Shown here: piece after piece, positions 49,701 to 64,000 of the stretch
Numbering within the stretch: position 1 is the stretch's first letter
Layout: each line of letters starts with the position of its first letter
Assembly: GCA_002633005.1 (NCBI GenBank)
Contig: NMRA01000103.1
Span: 589,612-653,611 of the forward strand
Source: Phoronis australis
Lineage: Eukaryota; Animalia; Phoronida
Direction of reading: 5' to 3'
Length of the DNA stretch: 64,000 nt
Notes under the pieces: model-generated
Database searches by the model: none
Told to the model about the DNA's origin: nothing
The model's input: only the letters and a program-made list of their open reading frames with translations
Position numbers and translations under genes: made by a program

Positions 49701-51789
49701 GTGAAGCTGGTTAAAGATGAAAAATAAAATCTGGCCTTTTGCTCTCGTGAAATCGATCTCATGACATTTTTTAACTCTGATAAGATTCCGTTTCCGTTAC
49801 CAACATATTTCGTAATTTTTGTACACAATAAATGAAAAATCACTGGCGAGTTGCAGAAAAAATAATTTCTTTGAGTTTTGGTACAAGGCCGCAAAGTAAA
49901 ATGTAAAAACAAGCTATTCCAAAAATACAATTTCTTACCAAAGAAAGCAAAAGAGTGGCAGTTGACCTTTATAAGAAAGTCTGTTTTATTTCTATGTTTT
50001 AATTATCAGAAAATTAAACCAAGAAGAAAGTAACCTCAGAAAGGACAGGAATGAAGATGTCTATTCTTTCAGGCCATGGGAAGTGTTTTAGTTTTATATT
50101 ACAAGATAGATCTTAAAGGTCATGGGTAATTGCACCATGATCTTAGGTTTCACCTGTCCAAATAACTGCAAACCAAACAGAAAAACACAGTTCTCAAATC
50201 TAACACGTTAACTAAGTACTTTTATGAAGCAGATGGGATCGAAAATATGAAAACAAAAATAATAGGGCTGATGGGAAAAATTAATTAGTACATGTTATAA
50301 GGTTATGCAGAGCCCTATGAAAATGGCCAAATCTGGCTGATTTTGTAACATGATATGTTGGAAATGGTGATTGGATTCATATAAAAATTTTAGATATTAT
50401 GCACTGTTCTTAAAAACCCTGTTAGAAATTGTTTCCAAAAAGTTCCGTTTTTGCATGCGGGGCTTTCAAAAAATAGGACATGATTTTCATGAAAATCTTT
50501 AAAGTTGGTTATATTTGAAAAAAAAATCAAGTAATAATAACAATGCCTGCCCTGAAAGTGACAGCGACACCTGCTTTTAATTCCGAAGACTGACCAGAGC
50601 TACCAGTCACCATATTGAAGCAAAGACTGATACTCACAAAACATCAAGGAGTTGGTGTTGGTTTAAAAGGTATTTCCGTGTTTTAAATTTGCACTTCTTT
50701 TCCAGGATTAATATACCATCCTCCCCTTGGAAAAGCCCAACTGGGCACTTAAATTGGGAACTAAAAAATCAAGGGTAGGGCACTAAATCAAGTAATAGCC
50801 GCTTCACAATAAAATGTTTTGAGAAGAAGGGGTTAAGTGTTTACCCCACTGTAGCACATTTGCACACAAAACAGTCTATTTTCATCTGGCGATATAGCAA
50901 ATGTCAACACGTCAAACTACGTATATCTGATATAGCTTCTTATTCTAGTTTAAACTCTGATTTGTCCAAATTTCACTGCAAGGGTATCCCACATCGGGAG
51001 TATAAGCCTGAGTCTTTATTCTCAGTGAACAGTTCCCAAACATGTCTCCCCAAGCTGCGAGGGAAATTCCACTAGAAGATAATGTCACTAGAGGACGTGA
51101 GATTAAAACTTAAGTTCTAACCTTCAGTGGGTCTCTTGATTTCATGTCTGTTCTCTACATGGGAGGGTATCCTAATGTTTCAAAAAATATAGTTGAGTAC
51201 ATCCAAGACTGTATTACAATCAAGAAATGACAGATAGTATTTTTAAGAAATTATTGCACTCTTCAGTCAGACCACAAAAATCATTGTCTTAGTATAGGTA
51301 CTCCAGTCATCCGTTCTGTCAACGCAACCCCCGGTATCCATCCGTCCACGTCAACGCAACCTCCAATATCATCGAATAACTCAATGGCAGATCTATCACG
51401 TCAAAGAGGAGACCAATCACACACAATCCCTAAAAACGGCACGCTGATGGCATCTTTTTTGGTTGCACGTGGTCCACTTTTTACAACTGTGTCTTTTAGA
51501 CAACACTTTGCCTGTTTGCTGCTCACAACAGACCTGTTCATGATGTAAACCTGACATGCATTTAGATTTTAATTGTAGGTTGCCACTTAGTACAATGATG
51601 TCACCGGGGGCCATGAGGTCAAGTTCCATGAGTAGCCAACCTAATCTGGGCTTTAGTCTACGTCAGCTGCAACAAGCCATTCGCCAACATTATGGATTTT
51701 CCCAATAAAGATGGCATCTGACTGAGAGCCACTAATTTTTCTATAATGCAAAACTTGTATAAATAATGCAAGTCTTGAACCGTGTCACA

Positions 51790-51934
51790 TTTTTAAGTCT
51801 GGTCTGCATCATGTGACTCAATGAACATTCTGTAAGTGTCCCAGTTGGGGTGAAAGTCTTTTCAGACTTAAAAAAATATGTTCATTAGATCACATGGTGT
51901 AGCCAACAGGTGGCGTACAGACCAGACTTAAAAA
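51790..51934. mobile_element. Foldback element, same family as 33517-33642
   Basis: TTTTTAAGTCTGGTCTG ... CAGACCAGACTTAAAAA arms with inner CATGTGA..AATGAACAT / ATGTTCATT..TCACATG pairing. Confidence 0.7.
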
Positions 51935-54900
51935 CCTACTTTGTGCATACAAAACCTTTAAAAGGCTCCAGAAGTACAATAACATGCATTTTTAATATAA
52001 TTTAATTGATGAATAAAGTCTATATCAGAAATCACATCTTCGTTACTCTTTCACATTTTTGTAAAAAAGCGTTTTTACAATGTTAATTCCTATTGGCTTA
52101 CGCGCGTCTGACGTCACTGAGGCTGTACCGTCGGTGAAGGCAATAAGATTAATCAAGCTTATTATGTATGCTGCTCATTGGGTGAATGCCTCTCGGCTAC
52201 AGAACTGTGCTAAATGTGTATAATTCGTCTGCGATCCGATCTCGCCTCTCAAAATGTCATAATACAAGTTTACAGCAGTGTGGTGTTGACTTTTGGGAGG
52301 ATTTGTAACCTGTACTTTGCAACAAATCATCTTGCCAGAGTGACTGGCGCACAACTCTTTAATAGTTATTAAAATACTCCTTTAATCCTCAAAATTACAA
52401 GCAACTGAGCTGTGGATCAGATCGTAATCGTTCTGCAGCTGGAATTGACACCAATTCAGACTCGACTAAATTATCAATGTACAGGTGAAATTAAAGTTGC
52501 ATATCTGAAAGACAACTGAATACAATAACAGAATTGTTGCTCACACATCTCAACCACCAAGAGCAAAAAATTATCCTGATAAGCCTAGCCGTGCATGAGG
52601 CCGCAACAACCTGGGGGTACTTCACCATATTTTCTATATGAAGTCTGAAAAATTAGGATACCTAACCATATATCGAAACAAACTAAAAAGGGGCCCCTTT
52701 TGTACAGAGCTTCAATGAGAAGTCACACTTTTGTTGGATTCCGTTCCAGGAGCCTTAGCTCCATAAAGCTAACCATTTCAACAGTTTACAGCAGTATGAT
52801 CAGGCTATGATGTCAAAAATGAGTTAACCATTTGCAACAAAAGTTTTGAAAGATGGATAATTCCAGAAACTCGTCTGTAGTTTTGTGTAGTTAGTGCAGT
52901 TAGAAAAAACAACCTTTAGTTAAAGTTTCTTCCAAACTGAACACCGCATCGGAAAAGACATCTTTTTCTATGGTACTGTTTCTTCATTGGCAAACTAATT
53001 GTGAAAAAGTCACCACCCAAGCGCCACGTTCCGTACACCTGTTCTTTGGAAGTGCTACTACCCTGATGCCCCATAAGATGTCAGAACAGAAAAAAAATGA
53101 AATTCACCAGGTGGCACTAGTAAAACACTCATCTCACCTGTCTAAAAGCATGCAAATATGTACCATGATGCAGCGAATGCCATTTATCTGGTGATCAACT
53201 AAATCTGTTCCCACTCCATTCAGGATTATAAAAAGAGGATTTTTTCTTCCATAAGCGCCACCTAGTGAGGATGAACTTCCACTTATTGAGTTTACTCCAA
53301 CAATAAACACTGGAGTAACGTCAATTTGACATTTGCCCTTAATTCACCTCTTCTGACCTCACTTCATCTCTTTTGACTTCACTGTCACTATAGCTAACCT
53401 TGCTCTTGGACTTAAAGGAAACGCCAACATTTTGGTCTTTAACATGTCAACCATAGACATAAATTTCAAAGTTAACAAACATATTTAGCTGTCCAGTAAT
53501 TACATGGCAACTGTTACAATTTGTGTATATTCTTCAGGGCTCTATATTTTCACTATTTGTATATAAAGTTCCATTAATGCAAAACCCTGACTGTCTGTCA
53601 TACCAATCCCTGGTGTTGAGAATAATATTACATAACTCTGAGTCACCCATGGGTGGATGACTCCAAAGTGGTCCCATCTGCTCTACAGTGGTACATAAAT
53701 CTTTACAAAAATCATAAGTCTGTCATAACACGCCTGGGCCACCAAACAAACCAAACAATCACAGACTATTATTTTCTTGCCGTCTATACAAACAGAATGC
53801 CCAGTTTGCCACCAGTGCAAAAATCGTGCACTTCTAGAGATCGTATGGCTCTATATGGAACCTGCGTCCTAAACATACCTCTGACTAAATATGGTCTGGC
53901 TTAGCTGGTGTTGTGATACCCACACTAACATCTGGGGCTATGTTAAGAATGCTCTGCACAGCATTAGGTTACATCTACCGTAAAACTCCAGCCGAGTGCT
54001 CACCTCATGAGATTAATTTTCATCTGACGAGTCATACAACTGTTATCGCAATTCAAACCGAAACGTTCACTTGATGACAATGAGAAAAAATAGGGCTCCA
54101 GGATGGACTAGGAAGCCATTTCACTTAAGACTTGTGTTGAATTTTAAGGACACCTAGCTGATGAAGATGACCACCAAAGAAAAAGAATTACGGTTGGTAG
54201 GTTAATTTTGGCCACTGAGGCTCAAAACAGGAACATCTGTGATACCAGCATGACTGCAGGTTGGTTAGAGGAAGTCAGAAGGGAGTAAGCTTAAATCCAG
54301 ACTCTCACAACAAATCAAAATGATACGTCATCAGAAACATGACCAAGCCAGCAGAATGTCACTACAGCTCATTATCATCAATATTACCATACATGGAGTT
54401 CCCGAACAAAATTTCTGGAAAGAAATGACTTGATCAATTCTGCAAACCAGACAAGTTTCGGATGAGGAAGTCCTCTAATGAATGACATTATAAACCATGG
54501 TGCTGTGTCAAAAATTGCTTTCTTTGTGGACATACAGTACAAGCCAAAATTATTTAGATGAAATTTCCCACAATTCCCGTCATGACAGTTCACCAAAAGC
54601 TGAATTCACCCTTAGAGTTGTCTCCCCTGATGACCGAGAATGAAGGGGAATTACCAGGAAAGTTAGTCACGTGACTAAGCCGTTCTGAAATAAGAAATTT
54701 ACCACCCCAATAGTTACTAACATTTTTTTATTAATTCTGCGACGAAAAGAATTAGCCCTGAAGACTGGAAAATGGTCTTCTACCCGATTACTTTTATCAT
54801 GTCCTGTATTTGTTCTTCCAATTAAGTAACAGCTTCATGTTCTTATTCAGAGTTTGAACTGAAATCCGTTGTCACAATAAAATCCCTGGAATTCTACTGA

Positions 54901-56671
54901 CCGTGATACTGCTTTGCCAGCTACCCGCATTGACGAGCGAACTTCACGCACCAGATCTGAAGCAACAGACCATTCTTCTCGAGCCCAGAAATAATTTCTA
55001 AATTCGTTAAGGAGCAAGACGGGATTGATTTTACCGTGGTAATTGGCCAAAATCAGAAATTGTTTTTTGAGAGAATGCATTATTTAGTTTATTGCACCTT
55101 TAATTTTAAAGGAAAAAGTGATCATTGCCTTCAGTAAAATGACTGACCCCTCGTCACATTTCGGACATTTTTCGGGGCCTTACATAATTACTGTTCCGCT
55201 GGTGTATGACAAAAGGCCAGCATCTTGGTTTTGTGCTCACCTCCATTGAGCAACACAGACTGTGTTCAATTGCGAGGGGAACATTGTGTTTGCTCAACTG
55301 AAGTGAATACAGAACCAAGATGCCAGCCTTTTGCTGGGACATTCGTGAGACTTAGTTTCTACCGTTCCTTAGACAGTGAATACAACGATTAAACTGTCTC
55401 TCCAAGATAATTAAGGATTTGAAATTTTACTTAACGTAACATCAAAAACGGTTGTGTTCTCCTGTACGCCACCTATAGGTAGTCTAAAGTTTTCATCACG
55501 CAACAGATTTATATATATATTCACCTACTACAGAAATGATGCATATTGTAAACCCCTGTTCAGTTTCGTACACAAGATGGCAGGCATGTACAATTTTATT
55601 TTGTCAAAACTTTAAAACAAAGCAATTAAAGTTAAGAAAAAATCAACTACATCATTAACATAATTTCCATCATAAAACAAAACCTTCGTAAAATTCTGAG
55701 CATTTTAACAATCTAATCCAGCTTTTGTAAAAGCGAAAAACTGATTTTGGCAATTGTTTTTGCGCGAGATTACGTAATTAGCAACTTCTCAGGAACTTTT
55801 GCTACGTTTGCATTTATTTATAGAATACAATATCAATATCAATATCATTTATTGTACATCGTAGGCATTAACATCCAAAAAATTGCATTCCATGGAACCT
55901 CAAGTTGTTACACGTCTTTCAGAAACACAGCAAACTTTCACTCCAATCATATCAAATTTTCTTATTTAAAATAACTCTAGGACTGTTCAACTAACCCTGC
56001 TTATGGCTGCAATTAATTTGTAATACCTGTCGCACTCTTGTATTACAATAATTGAGACTGGATAACTCGGCTGGATTAATTCGCCGACCACTCAGAAATA
56101 CGATACAAGAAAAAAACTTTGGTGACATGATCTCAACAAACAAGGCCAATGGCACACATAAAAAGGAGGCTCAAAAATCGTGACCCAAATTAATGTCAAA
56201 AAAACAAGTCTGTAAGTCGTCAAACCTATTTACTGGAAACAGGACAGCCTGTGGGTAAAACCAGTGCATGTCAAATACACATTCCCTTGTATATTCAACT
56301 CTTAAGTGCAGTGCAGTGCCAATACACAAATCCAACTGTGAGGATTACAGCCATAACCTGGTCTGGTTTGCTGGCTTATATCACTCACAACCTTTACGTA
56401 TGGCTATCCCTGTCCTCTATCACTGAACCAGACACTGGACAAAGAAACAAAGGTTAAAGATTCGACTACAGATGATCCATAGTAGTTCACAACTCAGATG
56501 TTTAGTCTAAGTTCACTGTGAATTACAACAATTCTTAGATGTTTTGGGCAACTATCCAAAACTTGGAAAATAACAAAACAATATTTGACAGCAATGACTT
56601 CTGTTCATTTATAGCTGTCAAAAAGAAGATTTGCCATTATACAACTTGAGTATAGCGGAAAATTGTCTTAC

Positions 56672-56970
56672 CTGTAAATCAATCTAAAATGTTCCTCCTA
56701 AACAATATGTCCTCTTGGTCAAACCTCTTCACAAGCCAAGAAAAAGAGACCAACCAATTAATATGTCCACAGACACATCTGGGAGGTGACCCCTGACCCT
56801 GACGTCACATGACCCATCTTTGAGAGCCTACCAGAGTTCCATGCTGGTTCAGGGCAGCAGACACTTTATACCATTACATTCGGCCACCACAGCTGTGAAT
56901 GTAATTTCATTGACTACCTGGGCTACATCTACACATACAAATGGAGTCTGAACATTTCTCCACTGATTGG
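56672..56970 (-). promoter_or_regulatory. Candidate promoter and non-coding first exon (possibly of TnI)
   Basis: Minus strand: CCAAT near 56965, E-box CAGCTG near 56890, TATAAAG at 56864-56870, TGACGTCA near 56800 and CAG|GTAAGA donor after 56672. Motif clustering only. Confidence 0.25.
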
Positions 56971-59900
56971 CATTACCCAAAAGCAGTTGCCATGGCAGCA
57001 CACTTTCAAAATTTAAATAATCTGCTCACTTTTCAAACATCATGATCAGGTTCCTCAGATCAGGGTAACCTGGTGAGGTTGCTGTAACATGTTACAGTAA
57101 TACATGGCAACTTGCTACAAACCTCCTGTCTCCCATGTTCTGGTGACATCATCACAGAGCTTCAGGCCCGCCAGTGTGGTATTTGCTCTTCCAGTTAGAC
57201 AACACAATATCAAAAATATTATTATATGCAAAACATTTCAATCAACAAATACCCATGTCCTCAGACCACTTAACTCCTTATTAGTCAGAGCGATAAGCAA
57301 CAGGCAATAAAAACTAATGATTTTCTGGATGGGAAACCGCTGGAAGATTCCATTGGCACATTTTTACATCAAGTTATTTTGTTTAATGAGAACATTAACA
57401 CCAGAGTTGCGAAATACCAGAATGAACATTCAGACTGAAGAACACAGCGTTTAGCCAATTTATACGTTTAGCCAATTTATACGCCACAGAAGAGCAGTCC
57501 ATTCTATCTCTGCCTCAAACTTCTGGTAGCAAAAATGAAATAATATTATAGGGTATAGTAGGTCACCTCTTCCAAAAAATCAAGAAGTTTGACAAATTAG
57601 CTCAGAGAATTTTGTCTGAGCAAGTTCCTTCAAGACTGGAATACATAACTTTCCTTTTATCATTTATCAGGGGAATCAAACAATGAACCAATAGTGAAAT
57701 GGTTGTCAGGCTGGTCAGGGATCAACCCCATCCCCACCACTGCTTCGACCTGTACAGGGTATAAACATAAACAATTTGAAACTGGAAAAACGTGCGATTC
57801 AAGCTATACAAAAACTTTCATAGTATGAACCAAATTGGTCTTGTTTTGGCATTGTAATACAGATGCGCCTTTATTTTCATTTTTATTTATACTTTTGATA
57901 TACACAACACTACAGAATACAGACTTCCAATTTTTAAGTTTATGGAAACTTTCTTTGTTACCGTATTTCAATATTAAGTACTCGCCATACCATCACGTGC
58001 AGTGGTGGCCATTTGTTAAGGTCTCCCTCCAACTTACCCAAGCAAACACTATATATAGCCTATAATAAGCATTATCTTGAGGATAAAATCAAATTTACAA
58101 TAAATTAGCCTTATTGGACACGCCACAGCATGGGTCCCTTCATATCACCTCACAGCAGGTAACCCTAACAGCAATGGGCACCAAGAATGTTTAGTAACAT
58201 GTATAAACAAAACATAGACCCAACCTGAGTCAAGGAATGCCCTGGAAGAGCTGCTGTGTTCAAACACCTCAAGGTTTTGAATGTCAACAGCCACCAGAGT
58301 TGTTTTGTTGAGGATTTATGGGGTGAAGAGGGCTTGAGAGAATGAAGGCCACGTGAGGTGGGTGAAGTGAAGCGCAGTGGTTACGTGTTTTTACGTTCAA
58401 TAAAGCTGTGAGAGAACTAGTTTACTTTTAGTTGGGAGCCTCGTCTGCTAAACACAATTTGCATATCACAAAGTCCAAATGCATATGCCATGGTGGTGCA
58501 CTTTTATTGTGACGCGCAAAGTTCTCATTGGATACGTGCCCGACAGGAACACGAAATTATTGAAGCTCGTCGCATGCCTTCCACAAAAAAATAAGCTTTT
58601 CCCCAACTTCATTTTTCTTTTTTTTTTGGCGGTCAGTCCCCACTTTTTACTCAAAGGTTGAATACATTCCAGTCCTTTGGGGACCTCTGATTTTTCAACC
58701 AAACTCAGATATATTCATAATTAACATTTAGACATACGGATTTGTGTGTCCTCTTTGTATTATATGAAGCTTTTAGAATGTCAAAATTCAATCCTATTCT
58801 GGCAATGCATTGAATGCCTGTGAATATATTTTTTCACAGACATACAAACCGTTTTAGGCAAAGCACTCAACAGTATCATGCAGAAATCCCTGAGAGCTAG
58901 GTCTATTTTGAAAGTTGAATGGACCAACAGCTTTATTAGGTGACCCTACAACTCAATGATGAAAAACAAGTATTGAAGTAATGCAAGATGTCAAGTCAAA
59001 TCAGTGCATGTATTAAATTGTCCTGAGTAACTCATGGCAGAAAATCTAAGAGAAGAAAGATTTGTAGATTTTTCCCCATTAAGAAAAGACTCTCTCTTGT
59101 AACCATGTTTTTGTCCAGTGAACTAGAACCAAGGCAGTGTATCCAAAAATAAGTGGAACTGAGGACTAAAACCAGATAAGCTGAGCAATATTGGGGCCAC
59201 ATTTGCAATCCAGCTGCTCTGTTGATACACAACAGGAAATAGGGCATCCATCATTGGTTTGTCCACCACAGTTCCATGGAAACTTGCCCCTGCCATGAGA
59301 AGATTAGGTCAGAGATGATTGGTAACAAGTGATATGTCTGCACGAAATTGATTCCGTGCAACTTGTCAATTTCCCTTGCTTTTTTGAGGTTTAAAGTAGC
59401 TCAGGTGACTGATTAACTTAACTTTTCCACCCACGGACACGTGTAAAGCATCTTTCTTCGAATCACCGCCTTAACTTTGGCAGTAGGCTTGTCATGCGAA
59501 TGCGAAGATGATCTGCGCTGCGCTACTGCTACACACTTCGCTTGGCCACATTAAACCACCAAAGTCACGGCACTAGCATATATACCTTTCGAGTACAGAG
59601 GGACACCTCCGTAGGCCGTTGATGCATATCATTACCAAGCCTAGTGGACAGCAACTCAAAAACTCTGCACTTTAAAAAGAGTTTGCCACAAAAGCAACAT
59701 GTAGGCAATTAGCTTATACAGACTGGTCTGCGATAAAACTATGGCTAACAGAAAGTAATTTCAGCATAAAACCATTACCATTGGCCTATTCAGTTAAGCC
59801 AAGAGCACCGTCTAGCAGTTGTTCATGACTTTCTGGGCTGCAGGTCTAATGAACCAAGGATAATGAGGTACCTTATTCGAAAATCTACCAGCAGTGAGTG

Positions 59901-62088
59901 TGAAGTGGTCTTTAAAGCCTTCCAATGTCTACTGAAACAGATTCTCAAGCAATCAAGATTTCTGTCTGATGCATTCCTTCATTCATCCAACGAAATCATT
60001 AACGTAGAATCTGACATTGTACAATTCTGGAGTATGTATCCCAGAAGTCCTCATTCCATCTCATACCGTAAGTCTTGAAAAATGGCTACATTAAGGTTTC
60101 CGATGATGACTGAAGGAACGTATCAAAGAGAAATCTATTCCCACAGCGTTTTTTTTTTCAAGCCGAAAGAAATTACACAACTGGTGGCCTCCAATGTTGT
60201 CCCTGTACACTCGAATGGTACATACAGCAATGTGACTATGATAATTTAGCCAGAGTGAAGCGAAATATGCAAAAAATCTTACGGCGTACACGCAGTTTTA
60301 GGATGAAAGACAGTCTACTCTTTGAGCTTCCTTCTGAATTCATAGCATTTGCTCTTGAGAATGAACATTTTATTGAATTTATGAAACTACCTAGGGGCAT
60401 ATCTCTTACAAAGGCAAGCTGTGAGGGCTTCATTCCCATAAAATAGTCCAATCACCTGGACAATGTTTCCTATAACTAATAATAGCAAACTACACTGAGT
60501 AGTGCTGTACTCTAATCAATTAGACCTGATAAATCAGTCCCTGTATTATTCCATAACAGTATTTTAACAGAATTAAATGCCATAGTACACACTGTCCTGA
60601 ATGTTCTCATTGAAAGTAATAGTCACCCTGAGGCTAGCTCAAATACCTTAGCTATTGTGGGCAAACAAGAAATGTTTTCTGGTCATGGACTAGGTACAAA
60701 GATAATGTAAACAGTGTAAGGTGCAATACTAGTCCCCTGTCCCAGTGTGTCCTGTAGACCAGAGATTTGAAACTGGGTTCCAGGATTAGCATGAAGAAAT
60801 AACCAATACAGTGTGGACATGATGAAATATGCCTTGTATGGTGACAGAGTAGACGGTAGAAAGAATTCTGAATTCATGAATGCACCTAATGCAGTGGGAT
60901 ATTTCCAAGAAATTTTTATAAATGCTTTGTGTCCATGATGCCCGCCATCGAATATACCAATGCTGAGTGGTCGGATACGCAAATGATTAATACGAAAATG
61001 CCAAATGTCTCAAAATGTTCATGGATGAAAGAAATTGCGTTTTGTTGACGCTAATTTTGTCCGTCTTGCACATGAGAATTTGAAATTTAATTCAAGTGAC
61101 AGTCACTTTCATGCTCTCAAACACTAAAGAGTTTTACGTTGAGTGTTTGGAATTTCCAGTAGGTATGCAGTGATTCACCAAACTAGATTTAATTAATGAG
61201 AACCAGAAGGATTGGCAACCAAGTTCGGGAATTAGTGTGCAACTAACAGAAAAACTAAAGGGATGTAAACCCATAATTGACTAAGGTCATTTTATGTTTC
61301 CATTCTTCAGACTTAGAGACTCACTACCTTATTGCGAATGCTCAAATTGTCTGAGACAGGCCATAATGGATTTTTTATGACAAATGCACCAAAATAAAAT
61401 TCCATTTATCCATCATATTCTATGTAGATGAAAGCAAATACAAAAGCCACCGACAATAGCAGTTTCCAAATCAAGCCTAAGTCCAGACATCAATCAAACT
61501 AGTCCATTGTTAATCATTCCAACTCCCCCCCCAAGTCTTTTGCATGGCATCACAGCTTGCAGACCAATTATGTACTCCTATGTATTACTTTTATTGTACT
61601 TCTTCTGGTAAAAATGAACCTAACCTAACTTTTTACAATGAATTCAATACCAGAAGCAAGTCAGTTTGAAAAATCACCCTGGTTTTGGTCAACCACAGCA
61701 CATATCAATTTATTTTAGCAAGTGTTTTACAGTGATGAAGCCATTGCTGATGCGGCAATTGCTCTGCTCCATAGGAAAAGACCTTAGGTCAGTATTCCTG
61801 ATACACAGGCTTCGTGATGACAGCTGTTCTTGTACAAATCTATAAGGTGCTCTGAAATGGGCAGAGTTTCTGATATCTTTGCCACGAGTTGAGGGCTCCA
61901 AGACAATCTACAGGCTACTAACCAAAATATCAATGGACAGTTTATCAAACACTGGAAACTAATAACCACATACTTTCCTACTTGATTTCATGCCACAAAA
62001 ACCATCATATTTCAAACATTATCTGGCACAGGTTTTCAGGAATCCGAATTATTAATTTGCAGGTAGGATACAAAAAACAGAAACTTAC

Positions 62089-62135
62089 CTTATCGAAACT
62101 ATTACGCTTCCCGGCACTATTTACCCAATCAGAGT
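62089..62135 (-). other. Orphan internal exon-like segment, 47 nt
   Basis: Strong acceptor ATCTTTTTCTTTCAG and perfect donor AAG|GTAAGT; open frame SDWVNSAGKRNSFDK (phase 1-0). Confidence 0.5.
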
Positions 62136-64000
62136 CTGAAAGAAAAAGATATACAATGTCATCACAAAACTTAGAACTGTCAGACAAGTGATGGCAGACA
62201 TCTCAATTGCTCCTATATACATAACACAAACATAGGTAAAAACTTTCAGTTACTCAGTCAAGTTGTTATGGTCATTAAGCTAAAGTAAACTGACATTTTC
62301 AGTGGCCATCATGCCTGTCAACAAAACATCATGTAAGCTACTGGAAACACCAGAGAAAATAAACACATATTCACAGCCATTACCAACACAAAAACTATGT
62401 TATGCTGAAGAGCATTGCCTCAATCAATATCAAATTTTTGGCATCTGAAAAAGCTCCATATTGATCTTGCCACTGAAATTAAAGTTCTTTCATACAAAAC
62501 TGATTTCCAAATGACTTGTTTCATTGATATTTCAAAGGCTGACGTTTCTAATAATTTTACCAATATTGATGAATGGAAATTGGGGGTACAAATCACTTGC
62601 TCAAAATCCAGTACACCCTTTAAATCTTTACTTTTTTAGCAACACAGCACTTAAATCCAACTTTTGCATCGAATTCCAATCTTAAGACATTAAGTGTTTC
62701 ACGAAACGAATCACAGCTGGCACTTCAAAGCCAGCTTGTTTTTTATAGATAGTCGCTTCAGTGGCCAAAATGAACTTCATTTGGTAAACTATAATACCAA
62801 GTAAAACCGTGATTTTGACAATAATGCAGCGATCATTTTAGAAAAACGTGAGTATGGGTGAATTGGCCCACACAGTATTAAATATACGGGACCATTTGCA
62901 GGACCTGTGAGTAATGTTAGTTTTTGTCCCTTTTCACTTCAAATTTCAATGGGCCCGGTGGCAAGAGTTAAGGAATCACAGTGCCCCAATGAAATTATGA
63001 CACAGGGCAGGCTCCTAAAATTACTCCTGTAACGCACTTAGTTGAATTCAGCCAAATAACAAAGTAAGCCCCAAACTGGCTGAATCTCTCATTGCAGTGA
63101 CAGAGCCTTCTTGGTTTCATTGCTAAATGGTGGTCTTTACAAATTAAATATTTGTTCAAGACACAGTTAGACATAATGTCAACAAAGCCTGCTCCTAGGT
63201 CAGCCTAGCACTGCACCCAAAGATTAAGATTTCAGCTGACTCTGAACCACTACCCTAAATATGAAACGTGATGTACATTTACTACCTACACTCTTTAGTG
63301 AACAAAAGTGTTCATCACTTGTTAAAAACAAAGTCATGTCAAGGTGTAAAAACTCATCACTTTTAACAGCTAAAAGAACCAAGACTCTAACAGGCAATAA
63401 GCTCTTGGATGTAGTGAACTAACTGTTGTGAACTAACTGTTGTATAGACTTACTAGTAACAGATGTGAAATAAAACCTGAAGTTGCTTATACTTCAACCC
63501 AACTGCCACTCTGTCATGGTTTCATTCCATTATGCCCATTACTCTAGGCTTCACAATGACACATGACAACTACTTGGTTCAAAGTTCTACAATAACTTCA
63601 AACAACAAACAATAATTGCTTCACTCTCATACCTGTAAAGATTGAATAGGAATGAGTGGTAAAACACAGTACTAAAATCAAGGTTTACATCATGTGACTC
63701 TCTTCATGTGAGATGCTCTGCAATAAGAACCCACTGCAGGTTAATGGCAAATCCGCACCGACATGCACCTAAAGAAAACTGAAGTAATGAAGTTTATCAA
63801 AGTCCAGAGATCAACATCGTCAGACTGCATCGTCACAATGGCCCCACATAGAGCTTGGGATTGAAAAGGTCATACCCCCCAGAAAAAGAATGCCCCTCTC
63901 ATTTAAAGGTTAACCAATGCCTTTTTGGAGCCACATGTATCAGCCCCATTCCCCCATGAATAATTTTAAAAGCATGATACGAAATTCCCAGCGTCAGGCC

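Noticed and set aside
54020-54070. Second hammerhead candidate (CTGACGAG...CGAAACGTT)
   Set aside because: Stems I and II cannot be formed convincingly.
59860-60950. Cluster of short ORFs suggesting a decayed gene
   Set aside because: No family motif recognised; a blastx search would be needed.

Overview
Eukaryotic, AT-rich genomic DNA, most likely from an invertebrate (mollusc-like lophotrochozoan, inferred from the troponin I sequence). Positions 1-1517 (+) hold the 5'-truncated end of a multi-C2H2 zinc-finger gene, followed by a 24-bp minisatellite. Most of the window (about 3.25-46.7 kb, minus strand) is a troponin I gene that the ORF track misses because its exons are only 42-121 nt. 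I assembled 16 coding exon positions by hand with consistent phases, giving about 418 aa with a long Glu/Arg/Ala-rich N-terminal extension. The main observation is two adjacent clusters of duplicated, probably mutually exclusive exons (2 x 121 nt and 3 x 101 nt, up to 6 core isoforms). Also noted: UGCAUG (Rbfox) motifs placed next to these and other exons, a likely GC-AG intron, a candidate 30-nt microexon ending in ATG, and a NAGNAG last acceptor. The introns carry a decayed Penelope-like element with a degenerate hammerhead motif, TIR MITEs with 5-6 bp TSDs (one nested), Helentron-associated-like elements and short tandem repeats. An orphan 47-nt exon-like segment lies at 62.1 kb. All splicing calls come from sequence alone and need transcript data.
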